Shown in pieces: positions 47,162 to 55,426 of a stretch of 60,850 nt of DNA (position 1 is the stretch's first letter; each line of letters starts with the position of its first letter). The notes under the pieces are model-generated. The model did not search any database and was not told the origin of the DNA. It saw only the letters and a list, made by a program, of their open reading frames with translations. The stretch spans positions 1-60,850 of the IMG/VR virus record IMGVR_UViG_3300034990_000021, one strand, 5' to 3'. Both the position numbers and the translations under genes were made by a program. The stretch is from a virus (taxonomy: Duplodnaviria > Caudoviricetes).

Positions 47162-47716
47162 ATGATCCATAGGTCAGCTCGGGTACACTGGTCAGCAGAC
47201 ATCCATCCATCCGCGCACATATTGCCCGGGGCTTATGTTGGCGCTAAAACTCATGTGGGCAAGGAGGCTATCATTGGGTATGGGGCCCGCGTGAGTGCTG
47301 GGGCTTATGTTGGTGCTAAAACTCATGTGGGTATGGGGACTTACGTAGGTGCTAAAGCCTACATAGGCAACGGTACTAACGTGGGTGACAAAGTATCTAT
47401 AGGCCCCAGGGCCCGTGTGGGCAATCTGGCTCGTGTGCATATCAGAGCCCGCGTGTGTAGTAACTCTCACGTATGCTCAGGAGCCACTGTGGGCAGTGGG
47501 GCTTACATAGGTGCCTGTGCTCATGTGGGTACCAAGGCCCGTATAGATGGCGGCGCTCGCGTAGGCAGGGGGGCTCGTCTGGGCAGAGCGGTCCGCGTTG
47601 GCATTGAGGCTCACATAGGCACTGGAGCCTACATAGGCACCCGGGCTGTCATAGCCGACGGTGCTCGCGTGAGTAACGGAGACCGCGTGGGCACTTGCGT
47701 CCACGTAGGTACTTGA
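47162..47716 (+). CDS. LbH paralog 14
   Basis: MIHRSARVHWSADIHPSA; shares identical blocks with paralog 15. Confidence 0.88.
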   Translation: MIHRSARVHWSADIHPSAHILPGAYVGAKTHVGKEAIIGYGARVSAGAYVGAKTHVGMGTYVGAKAYIGNGTNVGDKVSIGPRARVGNLARVHIRARVCSNSHVCSGATVGSGAYIGACAHVGTKARIDGGARVGRGARLGRAVRVGIEAHIGTGAYIGTRAVIADGARVSNGDRVGTCVHVGT

Positions 47717-47734
47717 TCGGCTGAGGGCGTAACG

Positions 47735-48433
47735 ATGGTACATGAGACTGCGCAAGTACACTGGTCTGCAAGCATCCACCCAACAGCCCACATATGGCCC
47801 AGGGCCTATGTTGGTGCCAAAGCTCATGTGGGCAAGGAGGCTTTCGTTGGGTATGGGGCCCGCGTGGGTGTCGGAGCCAACATTGGTACTTGGGCCAGTG
47901 TGGGCGATCGGGCTCGTATCAGTAGGGGAGCTCATGTAGGCTTTGATACGCGTGTGGGTATGGGGACTTACGTAGGTGCTAAAGCCTACATAGGCAACGG
48001 TACTAACGTGGGTGACAAAGTATCTATAGGCCCCAGGGCCCGTGTGGGCAATCTGGCTCGTGTGCATATCAGAGCCCGTGTGGGGAGTGGAGCTCACATT
48101 GCCTCCGGGGCCATTGTGGCCAGTGAGGCTTACATAGGTGCCTGTGCTCATGTGGGTACCAAGGTCCAAGTGGCCACTAAGGTACGTATAAGCTCCAAGG
48201 CCTATGTAGCTGATGGGGTCAATATAGACACAAAGGCTTACATAGGTGCCAAGGCCCGTATAGGTGGCGGCGCTCGCGTAGGCAGGGGGGCTCACGTGTG
48301 CAGGGCGGTCCACGTGGGCGTTGAGGTTTACATAGGCACTGGAGCCTACATAGGCACCCGGGCTGTCATAGCCGACGGTGCTCGCGTGAGTAACGGAGAC
48401 CGCGTGGGCACTTGCGTCCACGTAGGTACTTGA
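47735..48433 (+). CDS. LbH paralog 15
   Basis: MVHETAQVHWSASIHPTA. Confidence 0.88.
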   Translation: MVHETAQVHWSASIHPTAHIWPRAYVGAKAHVGKEAFVGYGARVGVGANIGTWASVGDRARISRGAHVGFDTRVGMGTYVGAKAYIGNGTNVGDKVSIGPRARVGNLARVHIRARVGSGAHIASGAIVASEAYIGACAHVGTKVQVATKVRISSKAYVADGVNIDTKAYIGAKARIGGGARVGRGAHVCRAVHVGVEVYIGTGAYIGTRAVIADGARVSNGDRVGTCVHVGT

Positions 48434-48592
48434 GCGCAGATAGACACTGGCGCATACGTAGGCGACGGAGCCTGTGTAGGCATTAACGCACACATAGGTT
48501 CTTGGGTCCGCGTGGGCGCTATGGCTACCGTGGCTAGTGGGGCTCGCATAGAGGCCGGGACCAACATAGACGATGGGGCTTACGTATGGTGA
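48434..48592 (+). pseudogene. In-frame LbH tail stranded behind the stop of paralog 15
   Basis: After TGA the same frame reads AQIDTGAYVGDGACVGINAHIGSWVRVGAMATVASGARIEAGTNIDDGAYVW*. Confidence 0.75.
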
Positions 48593-48618
48593 TTCCGGGG
48601 GGACACGGAGAGCAAGAG

Positions 48619-50229
48619 ATGACGTACCCAGTACAATACCACCGCGAAGAGTTCTCGAGACCAGAAAAACAGCTTCTGTCTAAGTTTTTCACCAACGTTG
48701 ACGGGCCGGTCTTTGCGCTTGTCAACTTACCGGAGGTGGTCAAGGGCGCGTTGTATGCACGCTACAGTAGATCGCCCAAGCCGATCCGCCGGTTGTTTCT
48801 CGACGAGTTCGTGGGCAGCCTCGACGCGGCAACCTTTGCACGTTCTGGTGCGCCCGATCATGATGTCGTGGATGTAAATCGGGCCACCGAGCTATACCAC
48901 AGAATCTTCTCAGACTTCGGTGATGACTCAGTCGCACAACTCGGAGGCGTACACCTCGCGTGCGAGCAGGCATCGAACCTGCTGACCAAAGTCTTGGAAT
49001 GGGGGCGTCTCGCTGCGTACCTGGAACAGAGCACTCGGTACATTTACTTTGATCGCCCGCTTGGCTCGCGATACCGGTATGTTCTCCCCCCTGAGGTAGC
49101 GGCTTGTGGTCTTGAGGCCCGGTACAAATCTACCCTCGACAACCTGTTTGAGACGTACCGAAACAACGTCCCGAGATTGCAAGCTTACTACCAGGGGCGT
49201 TTCCCTCGCGCTCCGGACGTACGCAAGTCCGCGTGGAATGCGACGATCCGCGCTAAGGTCTGTGATAACCTCCGTGGGCTCCTGCCTGCATCCACTACCT
49301 CGAACGTTGGCATCTATGCGAACGGTCAGGCTTACGAATACCTTCTCATCCGGATGCGTGCGCACCCGCTAGAAGAGGTCCGGGGCTACGCCAACTTGAT
49401 GCTTCACGAACTGCGGAAAGTGATTCCGGCGTTCATGCGCCGAGTTGATCTGTCAGACCGCGGCAAGCAATGGACATCCTATTTGCGAGACGTGGCCAGG
49501 GCAATGGAGAAGGAAGCAGAAACTCTCACGCACACAGACACGCCTCAGGCAGACGTCGAACTGGTAGATTGGGACCCCAACGGGGAAGTCAAGGTCGTTG
49601 CGGCAGCGTTGTACCAATACAGCGAACTCCCTCATAGAGAACTCTTCAAGGCAGCGTCTCGGATGTCCGATGACGAGCGGCAACGTGTGCTGAGAGCCTA
49701 TGTGGGGGACAGAAAGAACCGCCGACACAAGCCGGGGCGCGCTTTCGAGCGCGTGTCATACAAATTTGATGTGATTGCTGACTACGGAGCGTTTCGTGAT
49801 CTCCAACGCCATCGGATGCTCACGCTGGAGTGGCAGAAGCTCAGCCCCGCACTCGGTTACGTGACCCCGCTAGCGATCCAGGAATTGGGCCTGGCCGCCA
49901 CTTGGGATTCGGCGATGGCGAAGGCACTCGAACTCTACGATACGATACGGAACCTTGCTGGCGCCAACGTGGCGCAATACGCGGTACCTTTCGCGTGCAA
50001 CGTGCGCTTCACAATGCAGTTGAACGCTCGTGAGGCGCTCCACATGCTGGAGCTCCGCACCGCCCCGAACGGACACGAATCGTATCGGAGGGTTTGCCAG
50101 AAGATGCACAATGCGATTCGCGATTGCGCTGGCCACCACGCAATTGCCGACGCGATGAACTTCGTGGATCATGGCGCTGCAGCCACGGGGCGCCTGGCGG
50201 CAGAGGCCAAGGCGGCAGTCAAGAGGTAA
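48619..50229 (+). CDS. thyX: FAD-dependent thymidylate synthase, tandem-domain type
   Basis: GALYARYSRS, FGDDSVAQLGG, LEQSTRY, RGLLPA, FRDLQRHR, ELRT...GHESYR. Confidence 0.93.
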   Translation: MTYPVQYHREEFSRPEKQLLSKFFTNVDGPVFALVNLPEVVKGALYARYSRSPKPIRRLFLDEFVGSLDAATFARSGAPDHDVVDVNRATELYHRIFSDFGDDSVAQLGGVHLACEQASNLLTKVLEWGRLAAYLEQSTRYIYFDRPLGSRYRYVLPPEVAACGLEARYKSTLDNLFETYRNNVPRLQAYYQGRFPRAPDVRKSAWNATIRAKVCDNLRGLLPASTTSNVGIYANGQAYEYLLIRMRAHPLEEVRGYANLMLHELRKVIPAFMRRVDLSDRGKQWTSYLRDVARAMEKEAETLTHTDTPQADVELVDWDPNGEVKVVAAALYQYSELPHRELFKAASRMSDDERQRVLRAYVGDRKNRRHKPGRAFERVSYKFDVIADYGAFRDLQRHRMLTLEWQKLSPALGYVTPLAIQELGLAATWDSAMAKALELYDTIRNLAGANVAQYAVPFACNVRFTMQLNAREALHMLELRTAPNGHESYRRVCQKMHNAIRDCAGHHAIADAMNFVDHGAAATGRLAAEAKAAVKR

Positions 50230-50301
50230 GTACAAGTGTTTATGTGGGTAAAGGTATTCGTGCAGAACGAAAAAAAAATCACGTGCGATTGGATTTTTTT
50301 G

Positions 50302-50339
50302 TTGCGACCGATGACTAAATCGTCTATATCGCAATTATG
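50302..50339 (+). promoter_or_regulatory. Repeated early-type promoter, copy 4
   Basis: T-tract, TTGCGA-17(..AAATCGTC)-TATATC-6-ATG. Confidence 0.6.
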
Positions 50340-50543
50340 ACAACAGCAACACAGGAGACAGCAATGACCATCACGAGCGCAGTTAATGGTTATCTGGCCG
50401 ACAAGAAGGACCTGGACGCGATCGCGGGCGATTGGGTCGACCGGATTGAGCTGCTGGAAAATGGCGAGGTCTTTGCCGTTGGTGTCGGCAAGTTGAGCCC
50501 GGAGGACATTGATTATCTAGAGAGGACAGCGGGGGCGGAGTAA
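50337..50543 (+). CDS. Small acidic hypothetical protein
   Basis: Follows the promoter; internal AGGAG RBS and second ATG. Confidence 0.6.
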   Translation: MTTATQETAMTITSAVNGYLADKKDLDAIAGDWVDRIELLENGEVFAVGVGKLSPEDIDYLERTAGAE

Positions 50544-50722
50544 TGGCGGCGAGCGTAAAAACCTGCAACTGCTGCCACGCGTCTTATGACGCGAACGGGT
50601 GGCTGCGTCTGGTCATGGTCGGACTGCAAGAGGTCCCGACCCCCAACAGTCGCCCCCGACAGATCGAATTGAGAAATTGCGCATGCGGCTCGACACTGGC
50701 GAGCAATCCTAGCAGGAGGTAA
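50543..50722 (+). CDS. 59-aa zinc-finger protein (absent from the ORF track)
   Basis: TAATG coupling; KTCNCC..Y...W.......ELRNCACGSTLA. Confidence 0.7.
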   Translation: MAASVKTCNCCHASYDANGWLRLVMVGLQEVPTPNSRPRQIELRNCACGSTLASNPSRR

Positions 50723-50725
50723 ATA

Positions 50726-50971
50726 ATGCGCCCCAGAATGACGGCGGCAGAGGTAGTTACCGCCTTAGCCACGATGGACGATAGGCACGCAGCCAACCTG
50801 GCCGAGTTGTGTGTATCTCATGGAGCTAAAGAGGTAAAACGGCACGTAGGTCCTGATGAAGACCACATGGTCTACCACTTTGCGGATGGGAGCTTGATCT
50901 ATCACATGGGCCCCATTTGGGATACCAACGATTGGTCGAGCGAATTCCCATCTTTGGTGGATTCGCCATGA
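50726..50971 (+). CDS. Hypothetical protein
   Basis: AGGAGGT RBS. Confidence 0.65.
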   Translation: MRPRMTAAEVVTALATMDDRHAANLAELCVSHGAKEVKRHVGPDEDHMVYHFADGSLIYHMGPIWDTNDWSSEFPSLVDSP

Positions 50972-51231
50972 AACCATCCGAGTACTACATACTACTGGTA
51001 CGGAAGAGCGCACGCGGGCATATTTGTGCGTGGTACTATAAAGGAGTGTGCTTGGACCAAAAGCACTACTACGATGCGGAGCAGTACAGCACTGCGCATT
51101 TCCGTGGGATAAGACACCTGGAAACTCTAGTGGGTCCGATCCAGCTTGAGGATCTGATAGAGTTGGGACTATTCGGCGCCATAGAATTTTACGGCCGCAT
51201 GGAGGCCTGCGCCCCAGAGGAGGACACGTAA
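50968..51231 (+). CDS. Hypothetical protein
   Basis: ATGA coupling. Confidence 0.6.
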   Translation: MKPSEYYILLVRKSARGHICAWYYKGVCLDQKHYYDAEQYSTAHFRGIRHLETLVGPIQLEDLIELGLFGAIEFYGRMEACAPEEDT

Positions 51232-51695
51232 TGTCACGCGGTAAAAAAAGGGTAACAGTAAACGCCTCACTGTGCCGTGGGCGTCTCTACGAGTCTGCCG
51301 ACGGCGAGTGGTATGGTAGCTCGCACTGGATAGCCAGGAAGTATATCTGCAAACTTTCCAATACCGCTCCAGTTATAGAGAGACACAAAAAAGATCTAAC
51401 GATGCTGGGCATACCAAGCCCATGCGAGTATCATAGAGCACTAATAGTTAACGAGATCCAATTGCATGGCCGCCACCCGGTAGTCGTGGAGAGTTGCATA
51501 ATTACTTGGATTGATAGTAATTACGCCAAGGCTTGGGGGGGAGTTGGCGTGGTCTACGCTTCTGGGCCAAGTGATCCGATACTCATAGGCGGCCCAGATA
51601 TTTACAGTGCCGAAGTAGCAATCATGCCTTGTCGCCTCGACCAGACTCGCATCAAAGAGTACGTAGAGCTACTTGGTAACTATTGGGGTAAGTGA
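51231..51695 (+). CDS. Hypothetical protein (weak beta-clamp-like C-terminus)
   Basis: GAGGAGG RBS; VAIMPCRL near the end. Confidence 0.55.
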   Translation: MSRGKKRVTVNASLCRGRLYESADGEWYGSSHWIARKYICKLSNTAPVIERHKKDLTMLGIPSPCEYHRALIVNEIQLHGRHPVVVESCIITWIDSNYAKAWGGVGVVYASGPSDPILIGGPDIYSAEVAIMPCRLDQTRIKEYVELLGNYWGK

Positions 51696-51955
51696 TGATC
51701 TGGGGCTGCAAAAGCTGGCATTTTTTTCGTGTCGATGAAGACTGTGCATTCGCAATCGAGTCGGAGGCGCCTAGTGCTTGTGACTGCCCAGGGTCTCTGC
51801 CAGGAAATTTAGAACAGTCGGAAGCTGGGGATGCGATGATATGTCCCGATTGCGGCACGTACATCTATGTACTGTCTCGCCAAGCGGCGGTAGCCGCTTA
51901 TGTAATGGTCTCCTACGGCCTGCGTCAGGGGACCATAAAAATCACTCAGGAGTAA
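51692..51955 (+). CDS. Small Cys-rich (zinc ribbon) protein
   Basis: CDC..CPDCG. Confidence 0.55.
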   Translation: MMIWGCKSWHFFRVDEDCAFAIESEAPSACDCPGSLPGNLEQSEAGDAMICPDCGTYIYVLSRQAAVAAYVMVSYGLRQGTIKITQE

Positions 51956-51957
51956 CC

Positions 51958-52209
51958 GTGAAAATCGTTAGACCAGAAACAAGCCAGAACGAAATCCTCG
52001 TATCTGAAATACCGCCGGGGACCCTGTTTGTAGATCAAGACGGAGATCTCTGCCTGAAACTCGCAGGAGATGCGTGGGTCATAATGGAATACAAACCGGG
52101 AACTACGGACCTGAAAGAAGACTTCGAGATCAACCGTTGCACAAAAGAGTACCGGGCCTACAAGGTCTTGAAAAACGCAGTCCTGTATACCCATGAGGAC
52201 AAAGTGTGA
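51958..52209 (+). CDS. Hypothetical protein
   Basis: AGGAG RBS, GTG start. Confidence 0.6.
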   Translation: MKIVRPETSQNEILVSEIPPGTLFVDQDGDLCLKLAGDAWVIMEYKPGTTDLKEDFEINRCTKEYRAYKVLKNAVLYTHEDKV

Positions 52210-52225
52210 AAGCGCGGGGTGAATT

Positions 52226-52558
52226 ATGAGCACCGCCGATTGGATCATCTACCCGGGGAATGAGGAGCCGACCGAATTGGGCCGCTGCCAAACCCTGGAT
52301 GAGGCTATACTCCTAGCTCGGAGTATGGTCGATGAAGGTTTAGCTGATCATGTGGATGTAAGGTCCGCGAAGGCCAAAGTGCCTAACCAAAAACGGACCG
52401 AACAAATCAGACGCTGGTTGCGCGGAGAATTTGTAGATATGAGGGATTTTAAATCTTACCGGCGTATGACTGATGGGGTGAGCATAAACAGATCCAAAGC
52501 AATCCGGAGGGATCGTGCATGGGTCTATGTCAAATCAAAAAGGGGGATAGGACTATGA
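52226..52558 (+). CDS. Hypothetical protein
   Basis: Operonic position. Confidence 0.6.
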   Translation: MSTADWIIYPGNEEPTELGRCQTLDEAILLARSMVDEGLADHVDVRSAKAKVPNQKRTEQIRRWLRGEFVDMRDFKSYRRMTDGVSINRSKAIRRDRAWVYVKSKRGIGL

Positions 52559-53100
52559 CAACAGCACTCGTGGTATTACTGATCACTGCCTGCGAGACTC
52601 CGATCAACGTAGTCCCTTTGGAGGGAGTCTCACCAAACTTTCAGCTCCATGTGAAAGCGGCAGCGGCATTTTGGAATGCGCAAGTTGGTCATGGAGTATT
52701 TAAGGTACAAACCATAGACCAGTTTGTTAATGCCAAAAACAATCAGCCGCAGATAATCGTAACTGAGGAGCCGGGCTACGGCCCGAAGTCAAAAAGCGCG
52801 CCGGGAATAATATTGCCAGTGACATGGGCCTCTGGTTGTTTGATCAGAGCATACGTCAATATTTATCCGAGCGTGGCAGACGAACATGGAATGGATCACA
52901 CAAAGCGTGTCAGGATCATAGCGCACGAACTTGGGCACGCGCTGGGGCTGAAACACAAGGGCCCAGGAGATCATAAACAGTGGCGTCTACTGGTTATGGC
53001 TCCGGTGATCCCATCAGACGCCACATCAATCGGACGAATCACAGAATCAGAGTACGAGTGGTTACGTCATAGATACATACCCAGGGGGCGGCATGAATAA
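52555..53100 (+). CDS. Matrixin-like (metzincin) zinc metalloprotease, probable lipoprotein
   Basis: HELGHALGLKH plus Met-turn VMAP; MTTALVVLLITA-C lipobox; ATGA coupling. Confidence 0.8.
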   Translation: MTTALVVLLITACETPINVVPLEGVSPNFQLHVKAAAAFWNAQVGHGVFKVQTIDQFVNAKNNQPQIIVTEEPGYGPKSKSAPGIILPVTWASGCLIRAYVNIYPSVADEHGMDHTKRVRIIAHELGHALGLKHKGPGDHKQWRLLVMAPVIPSDATSIGRITESEYEWLRHRYIPRGRHE

Positions 53101-53284
53101 ACAATGGCAGGAGGTTCGCGATTGGCGGCACCGTTGTGACTGCTATCGTAAGTTGCTCGAGTATGCAAATCGGCGCTTGGAGGAGGCTACGGCAAGCTGG
53201 GCAATTGCTGTGCATGATAGCCACGAGTGTCACTCAAGTGATCGTTTGTGCCTGGACATACTGGAAGGTCGGAGTGATGTTTGA
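53093..53284 (+). CDS. Hypothetical protein
   Basis: Coupled ORF. Confidence 0.5.
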   Translation: MNKQWQEVRDWRHRCDCYRKLLEYANRRLEEATASWAIAVHDSHECHSSDRLCLDILEGRSDV

Positions 53285-53366
53285 CATTTTGCTTTGGTGT
53301 TTTGGCCTATTTTGTTTGTTAATCCTCATACTCTGCGCTATTTGGCTAGATGGTATAGGGGAGTAG
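53277..53366 (+). CDS. 29-aa membrane peptide
   Basis: MFDILLWCFGLFCLLILILCAIWLDGIGE. Confidence 0.4.
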   Translation: MFDILLWCFGLFCLLILILCAIWLDGIGE

Positions 53367-53408
53367 TGGTTGGACATGCTAGAAGGCGCCAAAACGGTGG
53401 GGGCTTAG

Positions 53409-53885
53409 ATGCGGTTTTCAGAAATGACTTTCCCAGAGCAGCTTTCGGCGTATGAATCGGCACTGGCCGATGTGTCGCGCCTAAAGGCACAGGCCATCGA
53501 GCACCAGGCAGACGTTGTGGCGTTTCGCCATGACATAGAAATGGCCGAGCATGAGCGTGACCAAGCCCGCAAGGAACTAGAAGACTGGAAACGTCTACAC
53601 TCACAGCCCATCCACAATCCGCCGGAAGCCACCGGAGAGTACGTAGACGTGATGGGCGAGATGACCATAGCCTTTACGGTACAACTTCCCGCAGAGCTTT
53701 GCCGCGAGCCCATAGCTTGTGACGACCCGGCCATAGAGGCCGCATTACAGGCCGTGTCTGGGCACATCTGTACGTACATTTGGGGCGAAGATAAAAAGCC
53801 CGCTGTCGTCTATTGCGATGTCAGCGACCAGAATGTTGAGATCGAAAGCGACGACCGAGAGGGCTTAGATGCTAGGGTACCGTAA
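53409..53885 (+). CDS. Coiled-coil hypothetical protein
   Basis: Operonic ORF. Confidence 0.6.
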   Translation: MRFSEMTFPEQLSAYESALADVSRLKAQAIEHQADVVAFRHDIEMAEHERDQARKELEDWKRLHSQPIHNPPEATGEYVDVMGEMTIAFTVQLPAELCREPIACDDPAIEAALQAVSGHICTYIWGEDKKPAVVYCDVSDQNVEIESDDREGLDARVP

Positions 53886-54057
53886 CGAGCGTACGGAGGA
53901 AGCGAGAGCCTTTTGGGTGGCTGTTGATAAAGCTGCTGCGAAGGTTAGTGAGGTTTCGCCCGAGCGCATGCAAGAGATAGGGGATGAGTGGTTGGACAGC
54001 CCAACCAGTATCGTGCCGGAAAGGCCTCTCAAATTCACCCGCACCAAAAAAGTGTAG
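53869..54057 (+). CDS. Small hypothetical protein
   Basis: The EARAFWVAVDK motif resembles 42491. Confidence 0.55.
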   Translation: MLGYRNERTEEARAFWVAVDKAAAKVSEVSPERMQEIGDEWLDSPTSIVPERPLKFTRTKKV

Positions 54058-54064
54058 AAAGCAC

Positions 54065-54093
54065 TTGACGACAAAAAACGTAAAGGCTATACG
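54065..54093 (+). promoter_or_regulatory. Sigma70-like promoter of the replication operon
   Basis: TTGACG-17-TATACG followed by a GGAGG RBS. Confidence 0.55.
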
Positions 54094-54115
54094 TTGTGGC
54101 GGAGGAACAGCAAAG

Positions 54116-54754
54116 ATGCCAAAGATGCCAAAGGTGACAAACAAGATCGCGAAAATCAAGAGCCCAATAGTGATAGATGGATACATTACCAAATGGATGT
54201 CGGTAGATATCATTCGCACCGAAGATGAATGGCAAAGTATGGGGGAAGCCTACAAAGAGGTCAACAGCAGAATCAAAAAGGTACAAGACGAGCATATGTA
54301 CATGCTCGAAGACATCAAAGGGCAGAAGCGCAAAATAGATGAGCGCTACACCCCTTGGATAAAGGCGTATGAGAAGATCAAGACTCACCTTAGGGGTCTC
54401 GGCGATCGATACATTGCCCAATCCAAAAAGGCTGAAAAAACCGCGTTGGAACGCAAAGCGAAACGAGCGGAAAAGAAGGGCGACGCCCAAAAGGCGTCCG
54501 ATCTACGGGCAAGCGCCCAAATGGTCAAAGCGGCGCCCTGCACTGAGACAATCACAGTGGTCAATCGATGGAAGGCCAAGATTACAGATCTGCAGGCTTT
54601 CATCACGTTTGTAGCTGATCATGAAGAGTTTCATGATTTGATCAGGGTCAACTACGGACAGTTGAACAAGCTCGCGGCGAAACACCACCAAGACCTCAAA
54701 GACACGGTCGCGGGGGTGGAGGCGTACGTAGAACAGGTTATCAGGGAGCGGTAG
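54116..54754 (+). CDS. Coiled-coil phage protein (Gam/Gp157-like architecture)
   Basis: Long coiled coil, then WK.KI.D..LI.VN...LNK.A..V.GVE.Y.E. Confidence 0.5.
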   Translation: MPKMPKVTNKIAKIKSPIVIDGYITKWMSVDIIRTEDEWQSMGEAYKEVNSRIKKVQDEHMYMLEDIKGQKRKIDERYTPWIKAYEKIKTHLRGLGDRYIAQSKKAEKTALERKAKRAEKKGDAQKASDLRASAQMVKAAPCTETITVVNRWKAKITDLQAFITFVADHEEFHDLIRVNYGQLNKLAAKHHQDLKDTVAGVEAYVEQVIRER

Positions 54755-54755
54755 T

Positions 54756-55133
54756 ATGTTTTGGGTAGTGTGCTTGTGTTGCGATGGGTATGCTCTAAGC
54801 GAAACGATAGAGAAGAACGGGTTCCTGCCGATGCTCTGCTCAGATTGTTTTGGCCCGCTGGTTAGCACGTACGATAACCCGTACACCAGCGGAGTTTGTA
54901 CAACGTGTAAGAAGGCCGACCAAGAAAGCAGCGATCCCAACCTTGAAAGTGTAAGTGATCTCATCGGCTCTGAGCGCGGTCTAAGCCATGAAGACACTAC
55001 CGTACTAGCTATCTGCCGCTCCATAGCATTGCGCACTAGGGGCCCGTTCGATGAGAGATTAAATGGGGTCTTGTCTGCTGGGACTGTAGATCAAATCATG
55101 CAAGAGCTTTCGTGCGGTAAAAGCTCCGAGTGA
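54756..55133 (+). CDS. Cys-rich zinc-binding protein
   Basis: Three CxxC pairs. Confidence 0.55.
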   Translation: MFWVVCLCCDGYALSETIEKNGFLPMLCSDCFGPLVSTYDNPYTSGVCTTCKKADQESSDPNLESVSDLIGSERGLSHEDTTVLAICRSIALRTRGPFDERLNGVLSAGTVDQIMQELSCGKSSE

Positions 55134-55192
55134 ATGCTTTCGCTGCAACTGCTGCCCGATCCAGGGTAGCTTAACAGGAAGTGAGGGAAAAC

Positions 55193-55426
55193 ATGGCAAG
55201 AGTAGTATTACACCTACCTATGGTTGGTGAGTTCGGCCCCGGAGAGGATGGGGTCGTAAGCGTTTTCGCGGACAGCATTACGTATGTCGAAGCAGGCGCG
55301 GCCCAGGAAGGAGGGTGTCACGTTCACACGTTCGGGAATGTCAAGCACGTCAACCTATCGCGCCAGCAAGTGCTGGACATGATTGCTGGGGCCGAAGGTG
55401 TAGTGTATGTCAACTACCCCTCGTAG
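55193..55426 (+). CDS. Hypothetical protein
   Basis: GAGGG RBS. Confidence 0.6.
   Translation: MARVVLHLPMVGEFGPGEDGVVSVFADSITYVEAGAAQEGGCHVHTFGNVKHVNLSRQQVLDMIAGAEGVVYVNYPS

Noticed and set aside
48431-48433. Genome-wide TGA recoding
   Set aside because: Conserved genes are intact under code 11, and many end at TGA in ATGA overlaps.
38027-48493. Long minus-strand ORFs (e.g. 45968-47107, 47477-48493)
   Set aside because: They are shadows of the repetitive plus-strand codons and lack RBSs or operon logic.
36744-48592. Diversity-generating retroelement driving LbH variation
   Set aside because: No reverse transcriptase is present, and differences between repeats are not adenine-specific.
36744-48592. 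CRISPR array or non-coding repeat array
   Set aside because: The periodicity is 18-nt coding hexads inside ORFs with RBSs; there is no constant repeat with unique spacers, and the Cas4-like nuclease sits in a recombination module.
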